Below are positions 1 to 11,879 of a stretch of DNA of 64,000 bases, in pieces (position 1 is the stretch's first letter; each line of letters starts with the position of its first letter). The DNA is taken from NCBI RefSeq assembly GCF_030144855.1, contig NC_082714.1, positions 93,992,001 to 94,056,000 on the forward strand. The letters run 5' to 3'. The notes under the pieces were generated by a model. It was not told where the DNA came from, searched no databases, and was given only the letters and a program-made list of their open reading frames with translations. This DNA comes from Hypanus sabinus. Its lineage: Eukaryota. A program made the position numbers and the translations under genes.

Positions 1-39
1 CAAAACAGTTTTTCGACGGTTCCTCTACAAAATTTTACA

Positions 40-705
40 TTTTTTCTAGCCTCTGATACAAAGAATTCCATAACGCCACTCCGAAACCATGGACCTGCAT
101 GGACCTCTTCGTGACTTCTTGTCTACTGCCACTAACATCTTAAGAATTAATCATATCACTCTTTATTCTTCTGAAGAGTTGAGGGTCATTCAATCACTCT
201 GCCAGCCCCCAATCTTACTCCCTGTAACCTTTGATGTCAGAGCCGATCAAGAACCTATTAATCTCCGCCTTAAATACACCCAACGCCATGGCCATAGCCG
301 ACCGTGGTAACAAGTTCCGAAAATTCAGCGCCCCTGGCCAAAAAAAAATCTTCGCATCTCTTTTAAATCAACGCCTCTCTACCTTGAGGCTGTGCCCACT
401 TGTCCTAGGCTCTCCCACCAAGGCAAACATCCTTACCACATCAACCATGTCGAGGAATTTCAACATTAAAAAGGCTTTAATGTGATCCCCTCCACTCATC
501 CTTCTACATCCAGCAATTACAGGTCCAGAGCCATTAAACGTTCCTCATACGAGAACCCTTTTATTCACGGAATAATCCCGGCGAGCCTCCTCTGAACTGC
601 CCCCAATGCCAGAACATCTTTCTTAGATAAGGAGCCCAAAACTGTTCACAATACTCAAGATGAGACCTCACCAGTGCCTTATAGGGCCTCAGCATTATTT
701 CTCTG
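40..705 (-). mobile_element. CR1 LINE 3' fragment (RT C-terminus/3'UTR), degraded
   Basis: Reverse strand matches the CR1 RT C-terminal pattern seen in the long CR1 ORFs elsewhere in the window. Confidence 0.75.
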
Positions 706-824
706 CATAGTTATTTCCAAAATATTAAAGGGAACCGGAAGATTCACATTTAAACTTTTAACCCTGTTTGAGGAATGCTTCTTGTAAAGCATCTCAGGTA
801 GTCTTTGGTCAGATTACACTTGGT

Positions 825-1330
825 GTATTGTGAGTAGTTTCGGGCCCCTTATCTAGGGAAGAATGTGCCTACATTGGAGAGAATCCAGAGAAAAGTTGAA
901 GAGAATGATCCCGGAATGAAATGGTGAACGTATGAGGATCGTTTGATGGCTGGTGTTTAGGAGAATGAAGTGTTGTGGGGGATCTCAGGGAAATATACTG
1001 AACAGTGAATGGTCCAGACAGAGTGGACGTGCAGAAGTTGTTTTCTATTGTGGGAAAGTCTAAGACCAAAGGCACAGCGTTGGAATAGAGGGACGTCCCA
1101 ATAAAACAGAGATGAAGAGATTTACTTTATCGAGAGGGAGGTGAAGCTGTGGAATTCATTGCCACGGACGATTGTGGAGGCATACTTAAAGCGGTGTTTT
1201 ACTGGTTGTTGATTAGTAAGGATATCAAAGTTTACGCGGAGAATGCAGAAGAATGGCGCTGTGAAATGGACAATAAAATGGTCATAATGGAATGGTGGAG
1301 CAATCTCGCTGGACCGAATGGCGTAATTCT
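825..1330 (+). mobile_element. CR1 LINE 3' fragment
   Basis: Similar to the CR1 RT tail (..LERIQRK..MIPGMK..TKGHS..) and 3'UTR. Confidence 0.7.
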
Positions 1331-1937
1331 GTTCCTATGTCATGTGGTCATATGGGCTTTGGTTTAAAACCACGCTGTTTTCCCTCTCAGGCAAAAGACC
1401 TCTTGGTCAAATGCGAGCGTTTAACTTCTCTAAATGCCTCGGTTGTTGTCCAAAAAGCCGATTCAAGAGTCAAGATTGATTGTTTCTTCGATCCGTTGCA
1501 GCATAAGAACACAATGGAAGCACAAGAAAGTACAATAAGTGTATAGTCAATCCTATAAGACTCAATGTACAATAACTAAGCTGCAGCGTATGTTGAAACT
1601 GCAGGCGGAATAACCCCGGAAGTGACCATTGATTAATGCAATACACTTTTTTTTGTTATGTTACAATAAATTTAATTTATACAAAGGAAAATTCAAAATG
1701 ATAACTCAGAGGAAAACTTTGAGATGAGAATTACTGAAACTATGCAAAAAAACAGTTCTTCACTTAAGGTTAGGAATTTGCCAGAATCGTGACATCCGTG
1801 TTAGTTCAACATTCTATTCCCGTATCAATTGAGCCGGCACAAATCTTGTCAATCCAACAGCGTCAGATGATTCGTTCAGTAGGTTTTGGTGTGTCCCCAG
1901 GTTCGGTCCATTTCTTCGTAACCTTTCAACCAGATTC

Positions 1938-2000
1938 TCATCTGCGGGGTGAGGATGATGCAGCGAACTCGAGAGAGGCGTAAAGGATCGGCGCGTGGGA
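1938..2000 (-). CDS. Terminal cytoplasmic exon with ITIM (ILYASL)
   Basis: Acceptor cattccag|, SHAPILYASLEFAASSSPRR-TGA; ILYASL fits (I/V/L/S)xYxx(L/V). Possible ATTAAA polyA signal at 1676-1671. Confidence 0.75.
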   Translation of the reverse strand, partial: SHAPILYASLEFAASSSPRR

Positions 2001-5000
2001 CTGGAATGTATAGCAAACATTGGCAATCAAAGATATCTCACAGCATGATCTACCATTTTTCAACAGTCACGACTGTGTCAAACTTCCTCTGCGAGATAAC
2101 CCCTTAAATAACTGCAGCAGATTAGTAAAATATGACTTCCGCTTCATAATTCCCTGTTAACTCTGGTTAAACCCATCATTATTTTGTACCCAATCCTAAA
2201 CATCAAATTTGTGAATCTTACAACGGGTTGCGGTCACCATACGTACCTGAGCCACAGTGCCGTGCACTTGGTGCGTCGCCAATTGCCGATGGGTCCCTGT
2301 GCAATGAAAGAACACGAATTGGAACAATTATTTGGTCTGGACAACTTATAATTACTTGCAGAAATGCCATAACCCAGCAATCCAAATATGACAGTAGTCC
2401 CCAATAAATCAGCTGTCTGTCTATGCTAATTAGTTCAAATTCACCAGTGGTTCTCAGATGCATCAAGACTTTCTAATTCATGTCCAAATATGACAATAAC
2501 CCCCGACATGAGAATATTTGTCAAATACACAAACCGCTCCGTCATAGAACCCCATGTGCCAAGCAGATGCTATACCTGCAAGCTAGCGGAGAGAAAGAGG
2601 GCCTTACAACTTCTTTGGTCGAGAGGAATCTCCACCTCTCTACCCAAAGTAAAAATATAACAATGGGAATGACGTATTCAGTTGGTATAATATCTTTGCC
2701 TGAAACCAATCAGGAAATTTCATAAGGAAAAATAGGAAGTGAAATGACAATTATTAGAAAACACCTTGTTCGCTTGAACGTACTTATATTAATCCTACCT
2801 AGGACAGAATGAGAAAGAGGAATAACGGAAATTACAAAGCTAAACGACAGTTAGATAAAACTTTAAAGGATACATTTTAGTCAAAGAAAACAGAAGTCAG
2901 TATCTACACTAGCATATGCAATACTGATAAGAAGTTTTGGGTGCATTACTAAACTTCAATAATAGCACAATTCAAGAAAGAAAATGAAATATCGTCACAG
3001 AAGAAAAGGTTAACGAATGGAAGAGCATAACCCTCCATGGAAGACTTCCCATGATCGGAGCAGACTAGATGTTGACAAGGAAATGTTGAATACCTGGCTC
3101 AGAGTTGACGAACTCTACCATGTGGTCAGACAGGACCAGGTAGGTTACACAAAAACATCAAAAATATATAATAAAAGTCCAACAAATTCAAGACGATAAA
3201 TTCAGAAAATGCCCAGAAAAACGGAAACAATGCAACATTATACAGGATAATGCAGAAATGTAACTCAATCTGATTACTTAGCCAGCCACAACTCATAAAA
3301 TATGAACTCATAAAAGACACTATACCTTACACTAAAGATAAGCCTAATTCAGGTTTAGAGTCAGTGTCCGACAAATTATATTATGACTGATGCATTATTA
3401 CTGATAGGGCGATTTATAATTGCTGCCTGGATTTTATATTACAGGAAAGAAAAACAAGAAAGAACAACGTACTTAATAAACATAGGCATTCCAAACACAA
3501 GTACTACAATGAAATCACCAAGTGAAAATCACCAGATATGTGCGGAATTAAAAGAGGAAATTGAAGGTGTACAGAACATGAACAGGGTATACGTTGTCCT
3601 AAAAGTGATATCTACAACTTATATCTCCCTAAATTCTCTTCACGGTTAGATAAAAATTTAGATCGGTACATCGATATCTCTATAAACCTTAAGAGAGAGA
3701 CAATAATAAACACCTAACAAGTTCGAAGTTCCAAGTTCCAAGTACAAAGTTCCAAGCAATTGAGGCTATGCTTGGCTATGTCCATACCTCAAGTTTTACC
3801 GAACTGATCCAGAGAAAAAAGATAAAAACTCAGCAAGAATAATAATATGAGCATTATACACAAAGGCAGCACTGATGGCTGGATTGAGACTTCAGATCCC
3901 TACCTTCTGAGATTTCAGTCCAACTCCCCACTGCAATTCTTCTCTGCCTTCGTCCTTCTAAACCCATTAGCAGCAATTATCACACAGTGCCTTGAAACAG
4001 GGACCACAGCTCTTGTTAATAGTTACATATTTCTGGGGAAAGCCAACCCTCACCTGATCTACGCTCTTTAGAGATCCGAATAATAATTAGGATAACCAGG
4101 AAGACAAGGATCCCAAGGAGTGTCACTGTGGGAAGACACCAGCCTGGAGAAAGAGAATTGTTGATTGGTGAAATCATGGTTTCCAAGCTTTATTCGAGCT
4201 TTCATTTGGTTGTAATATGAATGTTTTTACATCAGTGGATGCTCTCATAAATATTTATTTATATATATATGTCTTTACTGTAATAATTTAAGGAAGTTTT
4301 TGACTTGTGTTGTATGTTGTGCCCTGACCAACACACTACAGCAAATTCCCAATACATGTAAATGTATGTGGTGAATAAGTTCGACCTTCGATCCTCAAAC
4401 TATAATGTACGACCAGAAACCCAGGGCAACGTTAACCAAAGAACGACCCAAAGAATGCAATAGCGCATGAGGCCATACGGCTTCTCAGACCGTGTTTCCG
4501 CTTTGTCTCGCAGTCACCTTGACCCTTCCAATCTTTTCCCGAGTTTACTTTCTCAACTTGGAAAGACAGCGCCTTTCTTTCATCGTTACCGTATCTAATT
4601 CCCAGAAGCCTCTCCCAACTATTCCGTGAGATCATCACGCACATCAAAGAATTAAGAAGGAGGTTCAGCCCCAGCTTGTCAAGGGCCAGCCAATGGTGGA
4701 GTTAAGCAGATTGTTCAAAACAAATAAATACAAATTAATGTTGATTATGACATTATTGAACCAGCGAGTTATTCCAGCAGACATAAGACCATAAAACATA
4801 GGAGTAAAATTAGACTGTTCGGCCCATCGAGTCTGTTCCACCATTTCACCACAGATGAGAGTCAATACTTTATGTACAAAACATTGCCTCACCTTGATCT
4901 GGTTTTATGATGGTATGGGGCACACTCTTGATTATCGTCTTTCCTGCACCCCCGAGTTGTGCGATACAGGTACATACTCCACCGCTCCTCCAGGTTTCCA

Positions 5001-6351
5001 CTGGGACCGGCACCTGACTTCTAACACTGTAACTCTGGTCTGAGTCAAGCGTGCCGGTATCGCTCCATCCTTCCATGATCTCTCCAGATATGTTCCAATA
5101 AATGACAATCTGGATGGAAGAAAGGCCGCCGACCAGACACACCAGGGGAACCGTCCCGTTCGTCTGAGACGGCGTGACAAATACCAGCATGTAGGTCTGG
5201 TTGGTGGAACTGTCTGGACAGAGATTGGGATACCGTTAATCGCAGCTTCAAATGAAGTACATGGCGGAGTATAATCCCACTGTCGAGTTCTCTTACCTCC
5301 AACTAGGAGCGTGGATCCTTTCACAAACGGCGAATCGCTATCCATTCTAGAACAGTAGTAGGAACCCGAATCCTCCACACCGACATCCCGGATTTCCAGC
5401 ACTGATGTGTGTTCGCCAGAGCCTTTTTTGTAAGTGGTCCGACAGCCTGTCTTTCGGCAGTCCGTGGATTTAATCCGTACCGGGGGTACTTCCGCACGCT
5501 GCTTGTACCAGAACACATTGCTTGCGACCTCCACTCTGTCCGTGAGTTCACAGGAGAGTTCAACCATCTGACCGACATGTGCACTGACTACAGCCGGACT
5601 CTCAGAAAACGGCTTGGGTTCTGCAACTGGAATTATTATCAGTTAATTAAAACTACTATGGATTCAAACGAAGTCGGGTTAAACACATTGCCCATAGTTT
5701 ATAATGCACCGTTATTTTAGTTTGTACTTAGTCTTTAACGTATCTCAACAACACCCAACGGTCGGCCAGAATGAAAATACACGTTAACCAGGTCAAAATT
5801 TTAAGAGTTTTTCTTTATTCATTTACAGGATCTGTAGCCGGCAAAATTAGCTTGTTCATTATTCTGCAGGTGACCTTAAATCGAGAAGTTTGATGGACAT
5901 TTCCGGCAGGGCTTGCCAAACATTCTGAATTGGGTTTGGCGTTACAAACGAGGCACACAGAATCAGTGCGCCAGATAAGCATCACCAATAGAAAATGAGC
6001 GAGACTTAGCGAAAAAGTTATTTAGAATTTATTTAGATAGTTTTAGAAACAGCATTGATGAGATTCTAGCTTTGTAAATCAAATTTTTATGATTGACTGA
6101 AATTTATTTCCTCACTCTCTTGGGATGTTTTGATGCCGAGAGCGGGGCGAGGGTCGTGTGGGTAACTTAATCCCGATCACTGATCTGCTTTTATGACCGA
6201 ACAACATTTCCACTGGGATAACAAACTTGCAAGGGCCCGTTTCTCCCAACATTTCGGGCGATCTTGTTTGGAAGTTCTCAAGGCTGACTCACTCACCGTA
6301 AACACGAAACATCTGAACAGTAACGAACAGGGTCAAAGATTCCAACAACAT
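1938..6351 (-). CDS. Non-rearranging antigen-receptor-like IgSF gene: leader-VJ-C1-TM-cytoplasmic ITIM (PRARP/VJC1-like), 300 aa
   Basis: Six exons with GT-AG boundaries and compatible phases: 6351-6297, 5620-5297, 5213-4893, 4143-4054, 2296-2247, 2000-1938 (903 nt, no internal stop). Protein: MLLESLTLFVTVQMFRVY-EPKPFSESPAVVSAHVGQMVELSC..VFWYKQ..LEIRDVGVEDSGSYYCSRMDSDSPFVKGSTLLVG-DSSTNQTYMLVFV..VPLVCLVGG..IYWN..SYSVRSQV..ETWRSGGVCTC..PDQ-GWCLPTVTLLGILVFLVILIIIRISKERRS-GTHRQLATHQVHGTVAQ-SHAPILYASLEFAASSSPRR*. Extra small cytoplasmic exons between 4054 and 2296 cannot be excluded. Confidence 0.85.
2247..2296 (-). CDS. Cytoplasmic exon 1
   Basis: Acceptor ttgcacag|, 50 nt, phase 1 to 0, donor CAG|GTACGT; its phase fits exactly between the TM exon and the ITIM exon. 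Confidence 0.65.
4054..4143 (-). CDS. Transmembrane exon
   Basis: Acceptor tttctccag|, GWCLPTVTLLGILVFLVILIII followed by basic RISKERRS, donor G|GTGAGG; 90 nt, phase 1-1. Confidence 0.85.
4893..5213 (-). CDS. C1-set Ig domain exon
   Basis: Acceptor gtccag|, LVC..W at +14, SYSV.S.V..V..W..G..TC, 57 residues Cys to Cys; N-glycosylation sequons NQT, NGT, NIS; phase-1 donor G|GTGAGG. Confidence 0.9.
5297..5620 (-). CDS. Germline-fused V-J exon (V-set Ig domain)
   Basis: Acceptor ttgcag|, canonical Cys (LSC), FWYKQ, EDSGSYYC, then J-like FVKGSTLLVG in the same exon; phase-1 donor G|GTAAGA. Confidence 0.92.
6297..6351 (-). CDS. Leader (signal peptide) exon of the VJ-C1 receptor
   Basis: ATG at 6351, hydrophobic MLLESLTLFVTVQMFRVY, phase-1 donor G|GTGAGT at 6297/6296. 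Confidence 0.75.
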
Positions 6352-6359
6352 CTGGACTC

Positions 6360-6620
6360 GGGGCGGTAGTCGGCGGCGCTGTGCTCGACTCCCAGGAGTC
6401 GGACTGGTTTCAGCCGCGGCTCTGTGCCGCCTCTTAGCTGCCGTGGACAATGGACAATGCACACTGGCGAAGATCCGGGGCGGGGCCTATTCATCCAACC
6501 TGCGTCTTGTGCGTATTGCACCAGGTTACCGCGTCTGTTCGTCACAAGATCAAACAACTATGGAGAAGTGTTTAGAAATTCTGCCATACAGAGCATGGTT
6601 TGACCATGGCTTCCGGGATG
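6360..6620 (-). promoter_or_regulatory. CpG-rich putative promoter of the VJ-C1 gene with an Sp1 GC box
   Basis: GC/CpG-rich tract just upstream of the ATG at 6351; GGGGCGGGGC at 6477-6486; ETS-like CTTCCGG near 6610. Confidence 0.4.
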
Positions 6621-7139
6621 TAAACAAGTATATTGCTAACAAAACCTGCATTCATTTCTTGTTGAATAAATTCCCGCAGAAGCTGGTGATGAATCGACTG
6701 TGTGCAGTTACTGCAGCCCCTATTGTAAAGTTGCCAGAGAGATTAGAACCAATGACATTGACGGAACACTGATGTATAAGCCTGGATAAATCGCATCAGG
6801 GATGGGAACCTGCAGTGGTGTATTCCCGAACCTGTTCCACTTGAACTGCGTGCCCAGCGTTCGGGAACAGCTGTTGGAGTTGTTTCAGAGGGTAGCGGCA
6901 GTGAATTTTGATAGGAGTACTTTACGATGGAAAAATGCCGAGTTCGCCGTGTTGGAACTGCACCAAGAGAGACCAGCATAGTATCCCATTGCATTCGTGA
7001 TCTTTTAAGGTAGCAATTGATGGTGCTGTCAAAAAATATTACTCGCTCTGGGATTCCAACCGCTGACCTGCTCTTGCAGTCTCTTTATTCATAACAGCAA
7101 ACGGCATTTGTAATTAATGGTGAGTCCAGTAGCGTTGTT

Positions 7140-7720
7140 GCAATGCTAAGGTTTTGTAAGGCATTGGTCTGACAGGAATTATTGTGAGTAGCTTTGGGCC
7201 CAATATCTAAGGGAGGACGAAATTCCACTGGAGACGGTATAGAGGAGGTTCACCACAATAACCTTCCGAATGAAAGAGTTAGGATATGAAAAACATTTGA
7301 TAACTATGCGCATGTACTCGCAAGAGTTTAAAAGATGGTGGTGGTGGTGCTGAGGTGGGGCATCTCTACAAAACCTATTAAATATTTAATGGTCTATTCA
7401 GAATTGAGGTGGAGACGATGTTTCCAATTGTGGGAGAGTCTATGACCAGAGGGCACAACCTTAAATTAGCATGACGTTCCTTCAGAACAGTGATAAGGAG
7501 GAATGTTTTCGCCAGAGAATGCTGAATCAGAGAAACGCATTGCCAGAGACGGCTGTGGAGGCCATGTATTTAAAGTGGAGATTCATAGTTTCTTGATTAG
7601 TAAGGGCATCAAAGGCTTCGGGGTAAAGGCAGGCTGAAAGGGAAATAAATAAGACACGATAGAATAGTGGAGCAGGCTCGACGCGCTGAACCGCAGAATT
7701 CTGCTCCTGTGTCACACGGT
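7140..7720 (+). mobile_element. CR1 LINE 3' fragment
   Basis: Similar to the CR1 RT tail and 3'UTR (gagagtctatgaccagagggcac..gaaacgcattgccagag). Confidence 0.7.
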
Positions 7721-8379
7721 TACAGGATTACGCAGGATTCGTTGAAATGACATTAATTATCGATGCAGATTCCGTTCGAGATGGTCGGTACTCCAAGACT
7801 ATGTTTCTCCGGTGTGATATTTTATTTATTTATTTAGGTTTGAACGTTGTTCGTATTGCAATTCTTGGGTTCACAGAACGCAACATAGGGCAAAGAATAT
7901 AAGTTTAATTTCCTTAAATATGCTCGTTGTTGTCTGCACTGCCTTCCAATGTGACATATAACATCAATGTTAAGAAGCTGACCTTTGTGAAGCAGCGTCC
8001 AAGCAACGTAAACAGGAAACCTGCACAGAAGTTCTAGTTCGGTCACGTTTTCCACCATGACCATTAACTGTTGCTGCAACTGTTTACCAGTATTTGAAGG
8101 GTCGGAAGATGAAATAGATTAATCGTGAATGAGTCTGACTGCGATTTCCACAATAGCAGTTCACTGGACGTCTATGATGACAGCACGTCCTGATGCTGTT
8201 GTATCAGTGGCTAATTCGTTTCCTTGTTAATGAAGCTCAAATGATTTTTTCAAGATGGCTGCGCGAAACAGCACGCAGCGGCCACTCCAGGAATTAATAT
8301 CTGTTATCTGTAAGTAGGAGCCGTGTGCAATCCTGATTTGATGGAGACCGACGTGTGAAGCACGGAGAATCATCTGGTG

Positions 8380-9140
8380 GAACTTTTGAAATGCCAGATT
8401 CCCTGCCGCTGCTACTGTACGATCGGAAAAATCTCCGGGAGTAAGGCCCCGAATCCTCGGCTTTGCCTGCTGCTTGGCGGCCTGTGCCGGGGTCGATGCG
8501 CTTTGCAGAGATGCTCCTCGGTGCTCGGTGTCGGAGGGCTTGTCGGAGGCTTGAAGTTTTCGGACGGACTCGGAGTTGGCTGTGGTCGGAGCTCCCAAAT
8601 TTCTTTATTGGCAAGCTGCAGCGCTGGAGGTTAATGGCAGGAAGAGTTTTTCTTCTTCCTACCGCCTGCGTGAGATATTGGGCTGTCAGAGCTTTGAGAC
8701 TTTCTTTTAAACCCTGCATGGACTGCTCTTTATCAGATTATGGTATTGCTTTGCACTGTTGAAACTAAGTGTTGTAATTATGTGTTTTTTGTCAATTAGT
8801 CTTATCAATTATGGTATTGCCTGCACTGTTGAGCTGTATGTTCACTATAACTATATGTAACTATGTTGGTTTGTGTATGTCTTGTAGCTTCAGGTTTGTC
8901 TGATGGGTTTGTAGTTCCTTTCTGGGGAACGCAGTGTAGCGTTATCAGACGGTACCGTGATATTGATACGTAGCATCCTCTCCGGACTCTGGATTGGGGA
9001 TTACCAAATTTTATGTGGTTGTTCTTGTGTGGTCTGTTTTGTGCTTTTTCGTGATATCATTCCGGAGAACGTTGTCTCATTTTTAACTGCATTGTATTTG
9101 TGGTTTATAAATGACAATAAACTGAATCTGAATCTGATTC
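8380..9140 (+). repeat. Interspersed repeat ending in a (CTGAAT)n tail, probably a LINE/SINE 3' end
   Basis: GC-rich head, T-rich body, aataaa followed by ctgaatctgaatctga at about 9116-9137. Confidence 0.45.
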
Positions 9141-9639
9141 TGCAATCTCTCTCGAGCACCGATTTGGTTAAGGCACGACAGGACCATTTTGGTCCAAATC
9201 CAGCAGCTGCGCTTTGAATTCAAAGTTAAACCCATTTCACTCTCTGTGCCTCATCTCAAAGTCATCAGTTCGGATGAAGGGCCTCGTCCTGAAATTTTAA
9301 CTGTTGATCTTTGTCCAAAGAATCTGCCGGAGTTCTGAGTTTTTCAGCATTCAGTGATTCCCTAGTTGCGATTTTTATTCTTCTTAATCCCCACTGCATC
9401 ACAGGCATCTTTACAGAATCTTCTGTCCTGTGCCAGATTTTCAAATTGTCCCCAGGTGGAGCCCATCTTTGAAGATCTTTGCCCACCCATGGATGTGGCC
9501 TTTGGATGTTCTGTTGCTGTATCTGTAGCGAAGCGGTTTTACGGGATGGGGTGTTAGTCCCATTTCCAAGCCTCAGTCTTTCGCAACCCGGCGTGAGGCC
9601 ACCCCTGTAGAAGTTCACTGGTGGTTCTGCTTTGCAGTA

Positions 9640-11130
9640 ACTCACAAGAACATATCAAATAGGAGCAGGAGTAGGCCATCTGGCACGTCGAACCTGCTCT
9701 GCCATTCAATAAGATCATGGCTAACCTGGCCATAGACTCATTTACACCTACCAGCCTTTTCACTATAACCCTTCATTCCGCTGTTATGAAAAATATATCC
9801 GACCATGTCTTAAATATATTTACTGAGGTAGCCTGCATTGCTTGCTTCATCGGGCAGAGAATACCGCAACTCCTCTTCATCGGCTCCAAGACCAGTATAT
9901 ATTTGCTCACCAATGCCATGTACAATTGCAGCATAATCTCACAATCCTTGAATGCAATCCCTCCATCAAGGAAGACCAACATTCCATTTGCCTTCTTGAT
10001 AGCCTGCTGCACCTGAAAACCAATCTTTTGTGATTCAGGTACAAACACTCCCAAGTCCCCTTTTACATGCTGAAAACTTTACCATTTAAATAATTGTTTG
10101 CTCTTTCCTTCCAATGTTGATCACCTCACATTTATGAAAATTGTACATCATCTTAAAGACCCTCTCACTTAAGATATCTATATCTCTCTGCAGGCTCTCC
10201 GTATCTTCTGCACAATTTGCTTTTCCACTCAATTAATATAATCAGCAAACTTAGATACACTGCGCTCGATCCCCTCTTCCAGATCGTTACTGTCAATCGT
10301 GAATAGTTACGGGCCCAGCACCAATCCCTGCGGCAACTTGCTCACCATTGATTGCCAACCACAGGAAGACCCATGTTCCCAAGTCTCTGCTTTCTATTAG
10401 TTAACCAATCCTCTAACCGTGGTAATACTTCACCCCCAACTCCATGCCTCCTTATCTTATGGATAATTATTCAGCAACTTATCGATCACTTTCTGGAAGT
10501 CTAGATAATGAACATCCAACTGCTCCCCTCTATCCACTGCGCGCCTTATATCATCAAAGCCTTTACTGTAAGTTCTGCCATTTCGTCCAGTACCCTGGGA
10601 TGCATTCTATCAGGACCAACAGACTTGTCTATTTTCATGCCCACAAGTTTGCTCAGCACTAGCGTTTCAGTGATAGCTATTGTATCGAGGTCCTCACCTT
10701 CATTGCATAAATAACATCTCTTTTCGGCATATTAGCCGTGTCCTTCACTGGGATGACAAACCCAACATCGACCTTCAAAGCATCTGCCATTTCCTTATTA
10801 CCCAACATCAATTATCCTTTCTTGTCCTCAAAGGGACCTACGTTCATTTTAGCCACCCTTTCAGCTTTATATAACAATAAAAAATAACATCCCTTTTTAT
10901 ATGTAGTGCTAGTTTATAATCCTAATCTAGCTTCACTTTCTTTATTGCACGCTTAGTGGTTCTTGTTGCTTTTTAAAGTGTCCCCAGTCCTCTAGTTTCG
11001 CAACTGTCTCTTCGAAATTTTATGCACGAGCTTTTAATTTGTTGTCTTCTTTTATTTCCTTGGTTATCCAAGGCTGGCTCTCCCCTACTTTCCTTGCTTG
11101 TAACTGGAATATACTTCTGTTGAGCACCTC
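9640..11130 (-). mobile_element. CR1 LINE ORF2 fragment with internal deletions
   Basis: Minus-strand QQAIKKANGMLVFL.. and other RT-like pieces homologous to the 708-aa CR1 ORF. Confidence 0.8.
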
Positions 11131-11429
11131 TCTGTTGAACACGCTCTCACCTCTCTCCATGCCACCATCGCTATCTACTTCCGTTTCTTTCCTACTCGTG
11201 TGACCACTAAATTTGGTATTAAATCCGCTGCGATTGTTCACCGCCTAGTGCGAGTTTCGCAGTATTCTGAATCATAAAGTTTTACATTTAGCCCTTAACT
11301 CGGCAGTGGGGTTATCTGGCACAGTCTTCTGATGTTGCTTCCGTAGCAAGCTATTCTTGTGGGTGATGACCTCCCAGGAGAATGCCATGGAGACCGCGTT
11401 ATTAGCACTGAGCATGGGTCCATGATTCA

Positions 11430-11830
11430 AAAGGGGAGCGGTGCTGACAGGGGACCCAATGGTCAGGGGAACAGACAGGGATTTTAATGGACGTGAACTG
11501 GACACCCGAATGGTATGTTGCCTTTCAGCTGATACAGTCAGGGGCATCTCTAATCGCGTCTACAAAATTTTGGAAAGCGAGGGAAAACAGACAGATGTCT
11601 TGGTAAATATTGGCACCAATGAGATAGGAAAGAAAAGCGAAGAGGTCCTGAAAAAGAATTTAGAGAGCTCGGCAGAAGCTGAGAAACAAGACCTCCCGGA
11701 TAGTAATTTCTGATTGCTGCTTGTGCCATGCGCCAGTGAGGGTAGAAACAGAATGATTTTGCAAATTAATGTTTAGATGAGGAGCAAGTGCATGAGAAGT
11801 GTCTTCAGGAACATTGGGATCTCTTCTGCT
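11430..11830 (+). mobile_element. CR1 ORF1 SGNH-esterase fragment
   Basis: VLTGDPMVRG..RMVCCL..LVNIGTNEIG, same motifs as ORF1 at 22505-23206. Confidence 0.8.
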
Positions 11831-11879
11831 GGAGGTATGATCTGTTGATAATAATATTGTTAGCTGTCTTAATGACTAT

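Noticed and set aside
2253-2259. CACAGTG heptamers (2253, 3984, CACTGTG at 4124, GACAGTG in the 83-nt intron) as possible RSS
   Set aside because: No nonamer at 12- or 23-nt spacing; two lie inside coding exons.
3900-3995. Candidate exon (tttcaag|GCACTGTG..AAG|GTAGGG) after the TM exon
   Set aside because: It gives an immediate stop in the required phase; at most a minor truncating splice form, with no support.
4432-4647. 71-aa minus-strand ORF in the C-TM intron as a possible exon
   Set aside because: No fitting splice sites or TM character; the real TM exon is at 4143-4054.
6822-6866. 9-bp inverted repeat TTCCCGAAC/GTTCGGGAA
   Set aside because: Short enough to occur by chance; no other supporting structure.
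8227-8762. Overlapping GC-rich ORFs on both strands
   Set aside because: No recognisable domain; they lie in an interspersed repeat.
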